Below are positions 39,120 through 53,087 of a DNA stretch of 64,000 nucleotides, piece after piece (positions within the stretch are counted from its first letter, which is position 1; each line of letters starts with the position of its first letter). The position numbers were made by a program, and so were the translations under genes. The stretch is from Octopus vulgaris. Taxonomy: Eukaryota. The stretch spans positions 31,806,001 to 31,870,000 of the forward strand of contig OX597823.1 in the NCBI GenBank assembly GCA_951406725.2, in the 5' to 3' direction. The notes under the pieces are model-generated. The model made no database searches. It was not told where the DNA came from and was given only the letters and a program-made list of their open reading frames with translations.

Positions 39120-39516
39120 CTCTTTTACTCTTTTACTTGTTTCAGTCATTTGACTGCGGCCATGCTGGAGCACCGCCTTTAATCGAGCAACTCGACCCCG
39201 GGACTTATTCTTTTGTAAGCCTAGTACTTATTCTATTGGTCTCTTTTGCCAAACCGCTAAGTAACGGGGACATAAACACACCACGGTTGTCAAGCAATGC
39301 TAGGGGGACACACACAAACACATACACATACATACATATACATATACATATATACGACAGGCTTCTTTCAGTTTCCGTCTACCAAATCCACTCACAAGGC
39401 TTTGATCGGCCCGAGGCTATAGTAGAAGACACTTGCTCAAGGTGCCACGCAGTGGGACTGAACCCGGAACCATGTGGTCAGTAAACAAGCTACTTACCAC
39501 ACAGCCACTCCTGCCT
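39120..39516 (-). mobile_element. SINE family A, full length
   Basis: Near-consensus reverse complement. Confidence 0.9.
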
Positions 39517-40055
39517 ACAATAGAAAAATGGCTGGGTGGTCATGGTTGGTATCTTTTTGATCAGAGATCTACTCAGTCAGGGCTGACTTGAATCTAACCA
39601 AGAGCAAAACAAACTATAAATCTTATTACTTTCTCAGACACAAAACTCCCCCCCACTCCCTTCTCTCTCTCTATTGCTGCTTCTTCCCAAGAGGTAATGC
39701 CTGTACCCATGTACATTCTACCCTTGACTTCCATTTACTCTGCTTCAGTCTCTCTTCCTCATCATCATCATTTTTTATCACATGTGCTTTTACCATGTTG
39801 GCATGGGTTGGTTGAGACTTGTTAAAACTGTCTTCTTTTAACCAGATGCCCTTCCTGACACTTACTACTTACCATTTTTTTTTCCTGTTTCTTTCCATGT
39901 ATGCTACTTTCTTTCATGTCCTTGCATACCAAACCACCAAGCTACTTTGCTCTTATTTAGGTGGAACTGCTACAGCTCAAGTAGCATCAATGCAAAGACA
40001 TTTGGAGACACACTCACACCTACATATAAATCATCATCATATTCTTAAAACCCTG

Positions 40056-40279
40056 AAGGCAGTGAACTGGCAGAAACGTCAGCATGCCTGATGTAATGCT
40101 TAGCAGTATTTCGTCTGTCTTTATGTTCCGAGTTCAAATTCTGCCGAGGTCGACTTTGCCTTTCATCCTTTCGGGGTCAATAAATTAAGTAACAGTTGCA
40201 TACTAGGTTCAATCTAATCAAATGCCCCCCTCGCCAAAAATTTTGGGCCTTGTACCTAGAGTAGAAAAGAATATAAAAG

Positions 40280-40335
<56 letters not shown>

Positions 40336-40650
40336 CATGCTAACCCTGCTTCAGTTGCAGCCCTCAACTCATTGATATTGATTTCCCAAATAGCTTGTAA
40401 ATTAGGCACAAGACTAGGGAGGTCCTTTGAAGGGGAGAGGTGTAAATTGATACCATCAACCCCAGCACATGAATGGTACTTTACTTTTATCAATCTCAAA
40501 AGGATGAAAAATTCAAATTCTGTCAAGGTTGATTTTACCTTTCATCCTTTCAGGGTCGATAAATTAATTACCAGTTGCGTACTGGGGTTGATTTAATTAA
40601 CTGGCCCCACTCCCCCAAAATTTCGGGCCTTGTGCCTAGAGTAGAAAAGA
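40056..40650 (+). mobile_element. Family B SINE plus flank duplicated from 22320-22740, plus partial B copy
   Basis: Shared non-SINE segment catgctaaccctgct(c/t)cagttgcagccctc…gatattgatttccc. Confidence 0.8.
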
Positions 40651-41279
40651 TTCTTAAAATCGACTTTTCTTATAACATATTTTTGAAACCCGTTTGCATG
40701 GATTGGACAGAATTTCTTATACTGGGGCCGTTTCTGGCTGTATGCCCTTCCTGTCACTAACCCTTAGGTTAGTGACAGCAAGAGATGTTTTCTCGTCCAT
40801 GACCAAACATGTTTTCATGGAAGACTGGAAACAAACAATATGACTTGTGTAAGGGATAATGCTTGTTTACAACTTATGTTATAACCAAGGTAAGGATACA
40901 GAGGCACACACATACACACTTATGTGTGTGTGTCTTTGTTTTTAACTTCATTCCCACCACCACCACCACATAACTGGTGTTGGTTTGTTTACATCCCTGT
41001 GTCTTTGCAATTCAGCAAAAGAAACCAATAGATTAGGAACCAAACTTCAGAAAAAAAACATACTGACACTCATTCATTTGACATTTGACTAAACCCTTAA
41101 ATACAAGACTCCAGCTTGGCCACAGTCCAATGACTGAAACAAGTAAAAGATAAAAAATAAATAAATACAAAACTTTGGCTCTTAGAGTATTTACCATTTA
41201 CCGTCTGGTCAGAATTAACTTAGATTCATCCTTAATTGTCCCATGAAATTCTACCCTTTTGCTGATAACAGGCTTAACA

Positions 41280-41475
41280 ACATCATCATCATCATCATTG
41301 TCGTTTAATGTCCTCTTTCCATGCTGGCATGGGTTGGATGGTTTGACTGAGGGCTGACGAGCCAGAAGGCTGCACCAGGCTCCAATCCGATCTGGCAATG
41401 TTTCTATAGCTGGATGCCCTTCCTAACGCCAACCACTCTGAGTGTAGTGGGTGCTTTTTACGTGCCACCGGCACA
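41280..41475 (-). mobile_element. Family C retroposon
   Basis: (cat)n tail plus conserved body. Confidence 0.85.
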
Positions 41476-41624
41476 AGAGCAAACATATATATATATACAA
41501 TTGTATAAGATATGTTTTTACAAAATTTAAACAAAGATGCTAATTTTAAAGAGTTATAATAGTGATAAATCTTCCAAGAGTGCCTTCTACATAAAAAGCA
41601 AATAGTTAAGTGCAGGTTGCCATT

Positions 41625-41805
41625 TTTACAAGGGGGTGCTGAAAAGTTCTTGGCTTTAGGTAAAAGAAAATACAGGAGGATCAGTTTATTATGATTTTGT
41701 GCAACATATTCCCCTTTCAGATTCACACACCTATTGCAGTGATCCTTCAGTTTTTCTATGCTCTGTAAAAGAACTCAGAAGGTTGGGCCTCCATCCAGGA
41801 TCTTT
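41625..41805 (-). mobile_element. mariner transposon 3' remnant
   Basis: TIR-like tacaagggggtgctgaaaagttc; minus translation WMEAQPSEFFYR…RCVNLKGEYVAQ resembles the mariner transposase C-terminus. Confidence 0.75.
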
Positions 41806-42984
41806 TTAGTACCCTCTCATAATATGGTGAGCCGAAACTAGTTTTTAATTAATTGAAATTTTAACTATAATGAGAAGTATAGTTATTAGTGTTGATAAAA
41901 GTTAGTGTCAAAAGAGGCAAATATGAGAATTCCTAAAATTTTAGTTGACCTAAAATGAAATGGGGGGGGGGGGGGCAGGGGGCAAGTCTCGTACCTATGG
42001 TAACATCTCTGACAGGTTTTGGTTTTATTGGACCTCTCTAGCAAAGCATAGTCAACACGCAGCTACTAAAAGCTCAGAACAAGTAAAATAGTTTTTGTTG
42101 CTTTTTTATGTAGAAATATTTCACTGATTAGGCAATTTCAATTAATGACTAGAAAATTTGCCAACGCTTCTTTTTCCTGAAGAATCCACTTTGCTAATTG
42201 TTTTGATATTTTCTCTGCTAATTGATGTTACTATTTCTCTGAAAAATTGATGTTGATATTTAGACACACTGATACATTGCCAATAATTGGTTGCTTAGTT
42301 GGATTTTTTTTTTTAAGATTGTAATTTGATAGACAATTAGTAAAGTAAAAGCAAAACCCTAAAAGCATGTTGTTTCTATGTCTGTACCCCTTCACATAAT
42401 CTGCCCCTGATGATTCTCTCCCCACTCTTTCCACCCTGTATTCCCTCCCCCCATCTCCACTCACTGCATTCCCTCTCCTCCATCTGTCCAGTCCTCTCTA
42501 TAATTTTCCCTCCCTATAATTTGAGGCTACACCTTGACACATCTTTCTCTCTCTCTCTCCCTCTCCCTCTCTTCTCTCATCTCTTTTTTCCAACTGGAGT
42601 TTCTATGCATCTCCCCTCCAGCAAGACAATTGTTTCTGTCCTATTCATATTCTAACCCCTCATCACCTGGCACAAAACCACCTCCATCAATATTGCCCAA
42701 CCCTCTCAGTCAAGAGATCTTATCTTGCAAGTTACTTGGTGACCTCTCGGGTGCTGGCACCACATAGAAAACACCTTGTACATTGTAAAGTGTTTGGTTT
42801 TAGGAAGGGCATCCAACCATAGAACCCATGGCAAAGCAGACCGTTGTGCTTGGTGCAGTCTTCAGGTTTGTCAGTTTCTGTCAAACAGCCCAATCCTTGC
42901 CAGCATGGAAACCTAATGTTAAATGCAGATGACTGTATGTCACACTTCAGTCAGTTATATATATTTGCAATTGTCAATAACCTT

Positions 42985-43080
42985 ATAATCTCAACGTCTT
43001 CACATTGGTCTTCAGTACTTTGTCCCATATCTTCCTGGGTCTCCCTCTTCCACAAGTTCCATCCACTTTAAGTGATCAGC
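42985..43080 (-). mobile_element. Small RTE LINE fragment
   Basis: Minus translation LKVDGTCGRGRPRKIWDKVLK (GRPR-W motif). Confidence 0.6.
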
Positions 43081-43361
43081 AAATATATATATATATATGT
43101 ACATACATGATGATGATGATGGCACACATACACACACATATCTATCTATCTATTTATCAGGCTATCTACCTACCTATATCTATCCATCTCCATTGGATTT
43201 GACAAGTTCTAGAGAGGAACGAAAGTGCTAATAATAATGAAGAAATAAAAGGATTTTTTTCAAAAATTCTGACTACTTTTTTCTCAATATATATATATGT
43301 GTGTGTGTGTGTGTATTTATCTATACACAAGCACACACACAAACATATATATATATATAGA

Positions 43362-43715
43362 GTGGAGGTGCAATGGCCCAGTGGTTAGGGCAGCAGACTT
43401 GCAGTCGTAGAATCGTGGTTTCAATTCCCAGACCAGGCATTGTGAGTGTTTATTGAGCGAAAACACTTAAAAGCTCCACAAGGCTCTGGCAGGGGGTGGT
43501 GGCAAACCCTGCTGTACTCTTTCAATACAACTTTCTCTCACTCTTTCTTCCTGTTTCTGTGGTACCTGTATTTCAAAGGGGCCAGCCTTGTCACACTGAA
43601 TCTACTGAACTACACTAGGGGTACATGTGTCTATGGAGTGCTCAGCCACTTGCACATTAATTTCACAAGCAGGCTGTTCTGTTGATTGCATCGACTAGAA
43701 CTGTTGTCATCGTAT
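43362..43715 (+). mobile_element. SINE family F (tRNA-derived head)
   Basis: ggtgcaatggcccagtggttagggcag…ggtttcaattccc head; body shared with 52275-52655. Confidence 0.85.
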
Positions 43716-44169
43716 ATATATATATATATATATACACGCACACTTTTACAAGAAAAGAGGAGACAGAGACTTTGAAGTGTCAGCCTTTGTCAGACTTTGA
43801 AGATTTATAAAAGTCTGGTAAATACGTACTAAAAAGTATTGAGTAATTCTTCTGCTTTTACATATTTGACAAAAATACGCGCGCGCGCACACACACACCT
43901 GACTTTTATCTAAGCGGTCAAAGTTAGAGTTAGCTACATACCTATCAGTGACTTGTACCCTTTCTTTTTATTTCTATTTCTAAGAATTATTGATAATGGA
44001 TTTTTTAGAAAAAAGGTTTTTATGTTATCTTCTATCAAAGAAATGAATGGATGGATGTTATAGTTTCTTCACTAAATTTGACCTATAACCATGACCTGAT
44101 CTTTTCATAGTGTTCAATACACTTGCACTAGCTGCTTGTTTTCAGCTTTGCTGAAACCTTTGTATATAA

Positions 44170-44214
<45 letters not shown>

Positions 44215-45514
44215 CGTACACATACACATAGAGAGAGAGAGTATGACTGCTGACATAATTTCACTGCTGTATTACTTGTATGGGTGAGTTAAGTTTGTGA
44301 CATTTTCTTTCCGTCTCGCTATTGTTGTCATTTATATCTATGATGAATGCTTGGGATCTTGAAAGTGAACAATCTCTCACCTATTGTCTATTGTGTTTGT
44401 GGTGTGTGTGTGTGTGTGTTGCATACATAATGCCTGGATTGTCTACTTAATATTTGTGTGTAACATACATACGCACACAAATACACATTAGTGATGTACT
44501 GGAAGAATGAATACTCAACAAGGGAAAACTGAATGAATTGTTCTTTTTAATATAAAATTTTGTTATGTTTTGGCCTCTGAGGTTTCCTGCTAACAGAGAT
44601 CAGCAATTTTTTTCAAGAATTCAAAATACATCTGACACTCTCATCAACTTTAAGGAGAGGTGAGAGAGAGAGACTCTTTTACAATTGGCAGATGTAAAAG
44701 TACAGTTGTAACTCTGGCAGATTGGTAGGAACCAGGACTACAGGTATGATTGACGTACCAAAGTATTTAGTAATAGAGACACCCATAACTTACTTAGCGC
44801 TTAACCCTTTTAGTAGTAATCATCCAAGATCACCTCCTTCCAATTCTATGATACATGACTATTCATATCAAATTAAAATCTTTCTTCATAATTTTATGGA
44901 AGAACTATTTATATTCCAAATACCAAGAAATGAAAGAAATTTACTCTTTAGTAATTCCAAAATTACTAAAAACATAACATATTTGGTTGGAAAATTTGTC
45001 ATAAAAGAACTCAATAATATTATTGAAATTGTTTATATCTGTCAGCTGAACCTATCCCTTGTAGGTATCTTATCCGGCGACATAGCCTATTAAACCACTG
45101 ATCTTTTGGTTAAAAGGTTTCACACACTGACGACTAAACTATCATTTCTTCAATAAGAAAATTCAACATCCGTAACCCTCTTGAGCACCCAGGTCAATTG
45201 AGTGGCCCAAGTGATATAGGACTTTGAGGCTGATCCATCAGTCCAATAGAACAAATGTTGTGAATGGCTAATTTTCAAGTGTAATAGCTTATCAGAGATG
45301 ATCTTTCAGTAGATGTATCGCAATGGAAAGAAAATTTGGTCTTTTTGGCTACACATGCCAAAGCACTGTGTGTCTCAAAAAGGTTAATGACTGTACCGCC
45401 ACCCTTTTGGTTAAAAGGATTGACATCCTAATGACTGAAACTTCTAATCCCTTTGGTTAGAAGACCTGACATGCTAATGATGGAACCATCAATATTATGG
45501 ATAGAAGATATGGA

Positions 45515-45720
45515 GGGCAGCGAGCTAGCAGAATTGTTAGCACGCCGTGCGAAATTCTTAGCAGTATTTTGTCTTCTGTTACGTCCTGAGTTCAAACTCT
45601 GCTGAGGTTGACTTTGCCTTTCATCCTTTCAGGATTGATTAAATAAGTACCTGTTACGTACTGGGGTCGATGTAATCAACTTAAACCCTTTGTTTAGCCC
45701 CCTGTGGGTAATAAAGAAGT
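45515..45720 (+). mobile_element. SINE family B with TSD
   Basis: atggatagaaga(t/c)at on both sides. Confidence 0.85.
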
Positions 45721-47199
45721 AATAATGGATAGAAGACATAAATCTGTGATGAGTCACTCTCGGAATGGTTGGTGTTAGGAAGGGCATCTGGCTGTAGAAA
45801 CATTGCCAGATCAGATTGGAGCCTGGTGCAGGCTTCTGGCTTGCCAGTCCTCAGTCAAACCATCTAACTCATGCCAGCATGGAAAATGGACTTTAAACGA
45901 TGATGATGATGAGTTAGTCACCTGTGAGTGTCTGTAAAAGATTATTAGAAGTACTAGTATTTCAGTATTACTTAATTATTATACTGTATTAGTTACTGTA
46001 GCTCCTTACTAAAAATGGTTTTTTTTAAAAAAGCACTATCGAAACGAGATCGATGCTAGGCCTACGTGACTGGCTCCCGGTATGTGGTTAAGAAACTTAC
46101 TTTGAAATCACATGGTTCTGGGTTCAGTCCTAATGCACAGCATTTTGGGCAAATGTCATCTACTATAGCTCTGAGCCAGCCAATGCCTTATGAATGAATT
46201 TTGTAAATGAAAACTGTGCTGTTGGTTTGTTTACATCCCTATAACCTACTGGTTCAGGAAAATAAACCAATAGAATAAGTACCAGATTGACAAAAATATG
46301 TACCAAGGTTGGTTTGTTCGACTAAACCCTTCAAGGTGGTGCCCCAGCCTGGTCGCAGACCAGTGACTGAAACAAGTAAAAGAATAAAATATGTTCAGCA
46401 GATTTTAGCCCTTGGCATCCATTTCATTTTAGAGAATCATTTTAATTAATCATAACACCCACATATCTATATGTTTGTTAATTATAATTAAATTTTCTAG
46501 TCTATTCTAATCTGCTGAATATAATTTCTTCCTCATTATCTATAATTACACCAGTGATTCATTAAATTATTCTTTTGTTTTACTATTTGCTGCGTAGCAT
46601 CTTTTTGTTTTTTTCTACATCAGTTTTGCTTGTTCATTGTCGTTAATAGATTAATATTAATTCAATGTTTATTAAATTCCTGACATGACAGCTATTTTGT
46701 AACATACATGTACAATAGGAAGAACACAACCAAGGTGGATGGTGTGGGAGGTGTAGATCTGGTAGACTTATTCATGCTGGTATCTAATGTTTGATGTGTG
46801 ATCTTCAGAAAGATTTACTTTTCATGTGTATGTATGTGTGTGTTTATATGTATATATATATATATGTGTGTTTGTATATATGTATATACGCATATATATG
46901 TATATATATATATATATGTGTGTGTGTGTTTGTATATATGTATATACGCATATATATATGTATATATATGTGTGTGTGTGTGTTTGTATATATGTATATA
47001 CACATATATATATATATGCATATATATGTATATACGCAGGAGTGGCTGTGTGGTAAGTAGCTTACTTACCAACCACATGCCTGCACCTTACACGCATACA
47101 CACACCTATATACCTACTTAGGCTAATATCTTTCTATCTTATATGACACACTAAACAACAAGCTTCCCCTAGTATGGTCATTCTGCTGCAGTTCTTCCT

Positions 47200-48240
47200 A
47201 GATTGTCCATCACCAGATGTTCTTAGGTTCGCTATTTTCCATGTCCACATCATTACAAGCTTTGCCTGTTAAGTGTTTGATAGGTTCAAAATATGAGCCG
47301 CCAGGTGAAATCATCACCCTGAGGTCTTGCAGTAGCTGAGATTTGCTTCCGAGTTATATTTCCTCATTTGTCATTCAGTCTCAGCAAGTAACTTTGAAGA
47401 TCTCCTACAAGCATCAGTAGTGGACTGTGTCTAGCATTGTCACCAATTTCACAAGCATTTCCCATGTTTTACTGCCATACAGAACTGTTTGTAGAACTAT
47501 TGCACTTTGTAGCCAGACCTTCACATCAGCACTGCTGTTGTCTGTTGTTGCCCAGATTTGATTCACATGCTGGACTACAGCCCAATTTTACTAATTCTGT
47601 TTTTGCATCACTTTTTCTGTTTTAATCTCACTAATCAACACACTGTCTGGCTAAAAGAAATAATCCACATCCTCCACAGCTTGCTATCCATTGAGAGATG
47701 GACAGCATTAATCTACAGCAGTGCTACTCTAAGTGGTGGTCTGCAGACCAGTGCTGATCAATGAGCCATCAGCTGCCAGTACGTGGCGAGTTTCCAGGAT
47801 AGAAAGAAACATTATAAAATGCTTATGAAATGTTTATGTAATATTGTATTATTTGTTTAGAAAATAAATATTTAAAAAATTGTCAACTTTTATTATATTC
47901 ACTATATATATTGTTTCCAGTATAAATAAATATTACTAAGAAATATTACCGGTCCATGGCACATTGGAAGAAAAAACTTCCAGAATGCCACATCAGATAG
48001 TTTGAGAAGCACTGATCTACAGCACATTAGTCTTTTCACAACTAATTCACAGCCCAGTTTTTCCTGCTTGTTGTAATTAGTTCTTGCAGCTTTGCTCTTG
48101 TTTCTGGCAACAGGAGAGTGTCAACCGTGAAAGCTATGGCACAGTATCCTAAGGCGCTATTCATCACTTCATCTTCTGCCTTCTTGGATCTCTATCTCTC
48201 TCTTCCACTTCACCTGGGTGATTGATGACATGTAGTGCTA
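47200..48240 (-). mobile_element. Heavily decayed RTE-type LINE fragment, interrupted by a hAT MITE
   Basis: Minus translation TVLYGSKTW…MTNEEI resembles the RTE LLYG(S/C)ETW…(I/T)NEE region. Confidence 0.6.
47719..48014. mobile_element. hAT (Charlie-like) MITE with 8-bp TSD
   Basis: TIRs cagtgctactctaa / tttgagaagcactg; atctacag duplicated at 47711-47718 and 48015-48022. Confidence 0.85.
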
Positions 48241-48254
48241 GAGACAGCTCACAT

Positions 48255-48413
48255 CAGGTGTGGTCCCAGCAATTTTTCTAAGGGAGGGCACAAGGTCAGA
48301 AGGGAATACAATTCCAGGGGAAAAGAGCATAATAACATCATTTAGAAGGGTGCACTTCTTTTCTCAAAGGGGGCACGTGTCGCCCCCTCCCGCCCTACTT
48401 GGGTCCACCCCCT
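48255..48413. mobile_element. Possible PIF/Harbinger-type MITE
   Basis: aggtgtggtcccag … ttgggtccaccccct imperfect terminal inverted repeats with G/C-rich subterminal blocks. Confidence 0.4.
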
Positions 48414-48517
48414 ACACATGTACATAGGCAGTGAAAAACATTAAAAGCAGTAAAAATTGGTCTCATTTAAATCTCCACTTGTTACTTGGCTCTTGATATC
48501 TTCTCAACTCCCTATCA

Positions 48518-48593
<76 letters not shown>

Positions 48594-48597
48594 CTTA

Positions 48598-48735
48598 ACC
48601 AGGTTTGAAGATTCCCCAAGACGCCCAATGAAGGCTGGAGGGTATATCAGCCAAAATGTTGTGTTAACAACAAACAAGATGAGGACAAATATCTGTCAAA
48701 TGTAAATAATTCCTCATCTTTTAAATATAGAACAG
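48598..48735 (+). mobile_element. Solo HHR unit of element D (core mutated)
   Basis: ccaaga…atgaaggctggagggtatatcagccaaaatgttgtgttaacaacaaacaagatgaggac…aattcctcatc…aaatatagaac, matching 55866-56020. Confidence 0.8.
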
Positions 48736-48879
48736 CATTCTTTATGTCTTTCTTAACATGGATATATTATAGAAAACCACAACACTGCAGTATTTGTCTT
48801 GAGAAAGCTTCTTGCATCAATACATAAGACTAAAAAGCACAGAATTATGTGTTTATTCTTTTTCTTTCATTCTTCTGCT

Positions 48880-49083
48880 AGTTTTAGTCATTTGACCATG
48901 GTCATGCTGGAGCACCGCCTTTAGTCGAGCGAATCAACCCCAGGACTTATTCTTTGTAAGCCTAGTACTTATCCTGCTGGTCTCTTTTCCTGAACTACTA
49001 AGTTATGGGGACGTAAACACACCAGCATCACGGTTGTCAAGCGATGTTGGAGACAAACACACAATCACATATACACACATGCA

Positions 49084-49124
<41 letters not shown>

Positions 49125-49255
49125 GACGTGCTTCTTTCAGTTTCCGTATACCAAATCCACTCACAAGGCTTTGTTCGGCCTGAGGCTATAGCAGAGGACA
49201 CTTGCCCAAGGTGCCATGCAATTGGACTGAACCCAGGACCATGTGGTTGGTAATG
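48880..49255 (-). mobile_element. SINE family A
   Basis: Reverse complement of the consensus. Confidence 0.85.
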
Positions 49256-49271
49256 CTTACACACTCATATA

Positions 49272-49679
49272 TATATTTCTTTACTATCCACAAGGGGCTA
49301 AACATAGAGGGCACAGACAAAGGGATTAAGTCGATTACATCGACTCCAGTGCGAAACTGGTACTTTATTTATCGACCTCGAAAGGATGAAAGGCAAAGTC
49401 TACCTCGGCGGATTTTGAACTCAGAACGTAGTGATGAGAGAAATACCTATTTCTTTACTATCTACAAGGGGCTAAACATAGAGGGGACAAACAAGGACAG
49501 ACAAAGGGATTATGTCGATTATATTGACCCCAGTGTGAAACACTTACTTTATTTATCGACCTCGAAAGGATGAAAGGCAAAGTCTACCTCGGCGGAATTT
49601 GAACTCAGAACGTAACATCAGACGAAATACCGCTAAGCATTTCGCCCGGCGCGCTAACGTTTCTGCCAGCTCGCCGCCT
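49272..49679 (-). mobile_element. Family B SINE with tandemly duplicated 3' part, 17-bp TSD
   Basis: Two tandem B bodies; ttacacactcatatata on both flanks. Confidence 0.9.
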
Positions 49680-50436
49680 TACACACTCATATATACGCAC
49701 AGATTGCTTGCTCAGGTTTCTGATTCTCCGTTTAGTCGTACGCACAGCATAGTCACATGGTGGTAGTAGCAGTGCTGTTGGCCTTTCTTTCATGTTGCTT
49801 GGTTTTTTTCTTTTCTTTTCTTTGTCTCACATTGAAAGCCTGAACAGTGGCATGAATGAAAGAACAGACAGACAGAAGAGGGGGGAGAAAAAAAAGACAT
49901 AGAAATGAAGAATTGATCAGGCAATCCAAATGCAATCCTTAATTGTGAATCCATTGTTACTGGAGTACATTTTTCAAAAGTATTTAGGTTCATTATTTGG
50001 AATTGTGGCAATATGTCTTCTTAACATAACATTATAAACTTAATTGTTTAATTAATTTAGCTCTTTTCACGCTCAACAACAGACACAATGTTTCGCATAA
50101 TTACTTGATTCATCAATTTCTTTCTTCGTATTTTTTTTTATTTATTCATTTGTTTAGTTTTCTGCATCAATTATTTCAGCTTCATCTGCAAAAATGTGCA
50201 TTTATGCATTTGCATGTTGTATGTGTGTATGTGGCCTGGTGCATGTGTATATATGCATTTGTGGTGATAATGTGTATGCGTATGTGAGTGTGCATGTAGG
50301 TGGTGGTGGTGTGTGTTTGTGTGTTAGTGACATAATTAAGTCATTGTTTGATGTTTCTGCACCTAAGACACTTTTCCTTAGACATTCTTCAGCTTCCTAG
50401 AATAATTGTATTTCTTTGGCCTAAATCTGTGAAAGA

Positions 50437-50570
50437 GCTACTGCTGCTCCTGCTGCTACTACTACTACTACTACTGCTGCTGCTGCTACCACTACTTCTA
50501 CTACTACTACTGCTGCTGCTACTACTACTACTACTACTACTACTAATACTACTACAGCATACTACTCATA
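50437..50570. repeat. (CTA/CTG)n microsatellite
   Basis: Directly visible. Confidence 0.95.
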
Positions 50571-51326
50571 ACACCCTTTACTCTTAGTTAAATATAGCCA
50601 TCTTCTTAGACATGATTTTCAGAGATTTCTCAAAGGTGAAATCCAGATGTTGAGAAGCTCATCTCATGAATAAGGATGATCTTTAAACTGACAATGTTCT
50701 TTTATAAATACCATTTCCTTCGAGTGAATATATGAAATCTACCTCTATATTCTACAATACCTACAATACTTTTTCAGTAAGATATTCCCATGAAGTTGGC
50801 TCTGGCACCTCACAAAAAGCAAAGTCCACTTAGTTAAGTGGTTGGCATTAGGAAAGGCATCCAACTATAAAAAAAAAAACCAACCCTGCCAAACAGACAG
50901 TGGAGCTTCACACAGTCCTCTGGTTTCCCAGCTCCTGTCAAGCTGTCCAGCCTATGTCCACATGGAAAATGGTTGTTGATGATGATAAGTAAATCTACTT
51001 TGTCAGAAATTGAACTGAGTGTCTGAGAGTCTTATTAACATCAGTGAGAATGATGGTGAGATCACATAAAACAGTCTTATTGTCGCTGTTTTACTTTTTA
51101 TTAACAGTTAATGCGACAATATTTACCCTTATTAAGTCCTTTCCGACCTGCTTCCATAGCATCTCTCTCATTATTTTCCTCTCTCCAGACTTCCGTCTGT
51201 TGGAACACTTTATTGCCTCTGATGAGTTTTCCTTCAATAATTCTGACTGAGTTTACAACTAGTCTAAAATTACAGTTGCACATATGGTCAATTAAGACGA
51301 GGAACTAATATGACAGTGCAGTGTGT

Positions 51327-51358
<32 letters not shown>

Positions 51359-51366
<8 letters not shown>

Positions 51367-51648
51367 AAAGGGCTTAGTAAAATAAATTACTTTGCCGCAT
51401 ACTGAACTCATTAGAAATAGCAGCTAAAAAACTTTTTTAAGCTATTTCTAATACTTAAAGAAAATCTCTCTCATATATAGCGTTTGCTTAATTCAACTCA
51501 CAGTTGTGAGTTGAATTAAGCAAACGCTATATATGAGAGAGATTTTCTTTAAGTATTAGAAATAGCTTAAAAAAGTTTTTTAGCTGCTATTTCTAATGAG
51601 TTCAGTATGCGGCAAAGTAATTTATTTTACTAAGCCCTTTTATATAAT
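51359..51648. repeat. Perfect palindrome: 144-bp arms, 2-nt spacer
   Basis: 51359-51502 is the exact reverse complement of 51505-51648 (centre caactcaca-gt-tgtgagttg). Confidence 0.95.
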
Positions 51649-51826
51649 GTAATAATTTGAATTCGCCTTAAATGGTCCCTTTGCATACTGAACACTTGGT
51701 GAAATTGATTAATAATTAATTAATTTTACCCTCAATTGTTGAAATTATATATATATATATATATAATGGTATATTTGCAACCAAATACGCACATGAACTA
51801 TGATATATATATATATATATATATAA

Positions 51827-51869
<43 letters not shown>

Positions 51870-51871
<2 letters not shown>

Positions 51872-52268
51872 CGCAGGAGTGGCTGTGTGGTAAGTAGCTT
51901 GCTTACCAACCACATGGCTCCGAGTTCAGGCCCACTGCGTTGCATCTTGGGCAAGTGTCTTCTACTATAGCCTTGTGAGTGGATTTGGTAGATGGAAACT
52001 GAAAGAAGCCCGTCATATATATGTATATATATATATATGTGTGTGTATGTTTGTGTGTCTGTCTTTGTCCCCCTAGCACTGCTTGACAACCAATGCTGGT
52101 GTGTTTACGTCGCTGTCACTTAGCGGTTTGACAAAAGAGACTGATAGAATAAGTACTGGGCTTACAAAGTATAAGCCCTGGGGTCGATTTGCTCGACTAA
52201 AGCCGGTGCTCCAGCATGGCTGCAGTCAAATGACTGAAACAAATTAAAAAGTAAAAGAATAAAAGAGA
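51870..52268 (+). mobile_element. SINE family A
   Basis: Near-consensus copy. Confidence 0.9.
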
Positions 52269-52274
52269 TATATT

Positions 52275-52755
<481 letters not shown>

Positions 52756-52862
52756 TAGATATATATAGATAGAGAGATATATATAGATAGAGAGATATAT
52801 ATAGATAGATATATATAGATATATATAGATAGAGATATATATATAGATAGATATATATAGAT

Positions 52863-52919
<57 letters not shown>

Positions 52920-53051
52920 GTGCACACACACACATACACACAGCAGACGTGGCTGTGAGGTAAGAAGTTTGCTTCCTAACTACATGATTTCAGGTTCATA
53001 TATACTATACTTGTTCCACATCCTCGCGTTGTTGTGTTTTCATGTTTGGAT

Positions 53052-53087
<36 letters not shown>

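Noticed and set aside
50348-50587. Poly-Leu ORF
   Set aside because: (CTA/CTG)n microsatellite.
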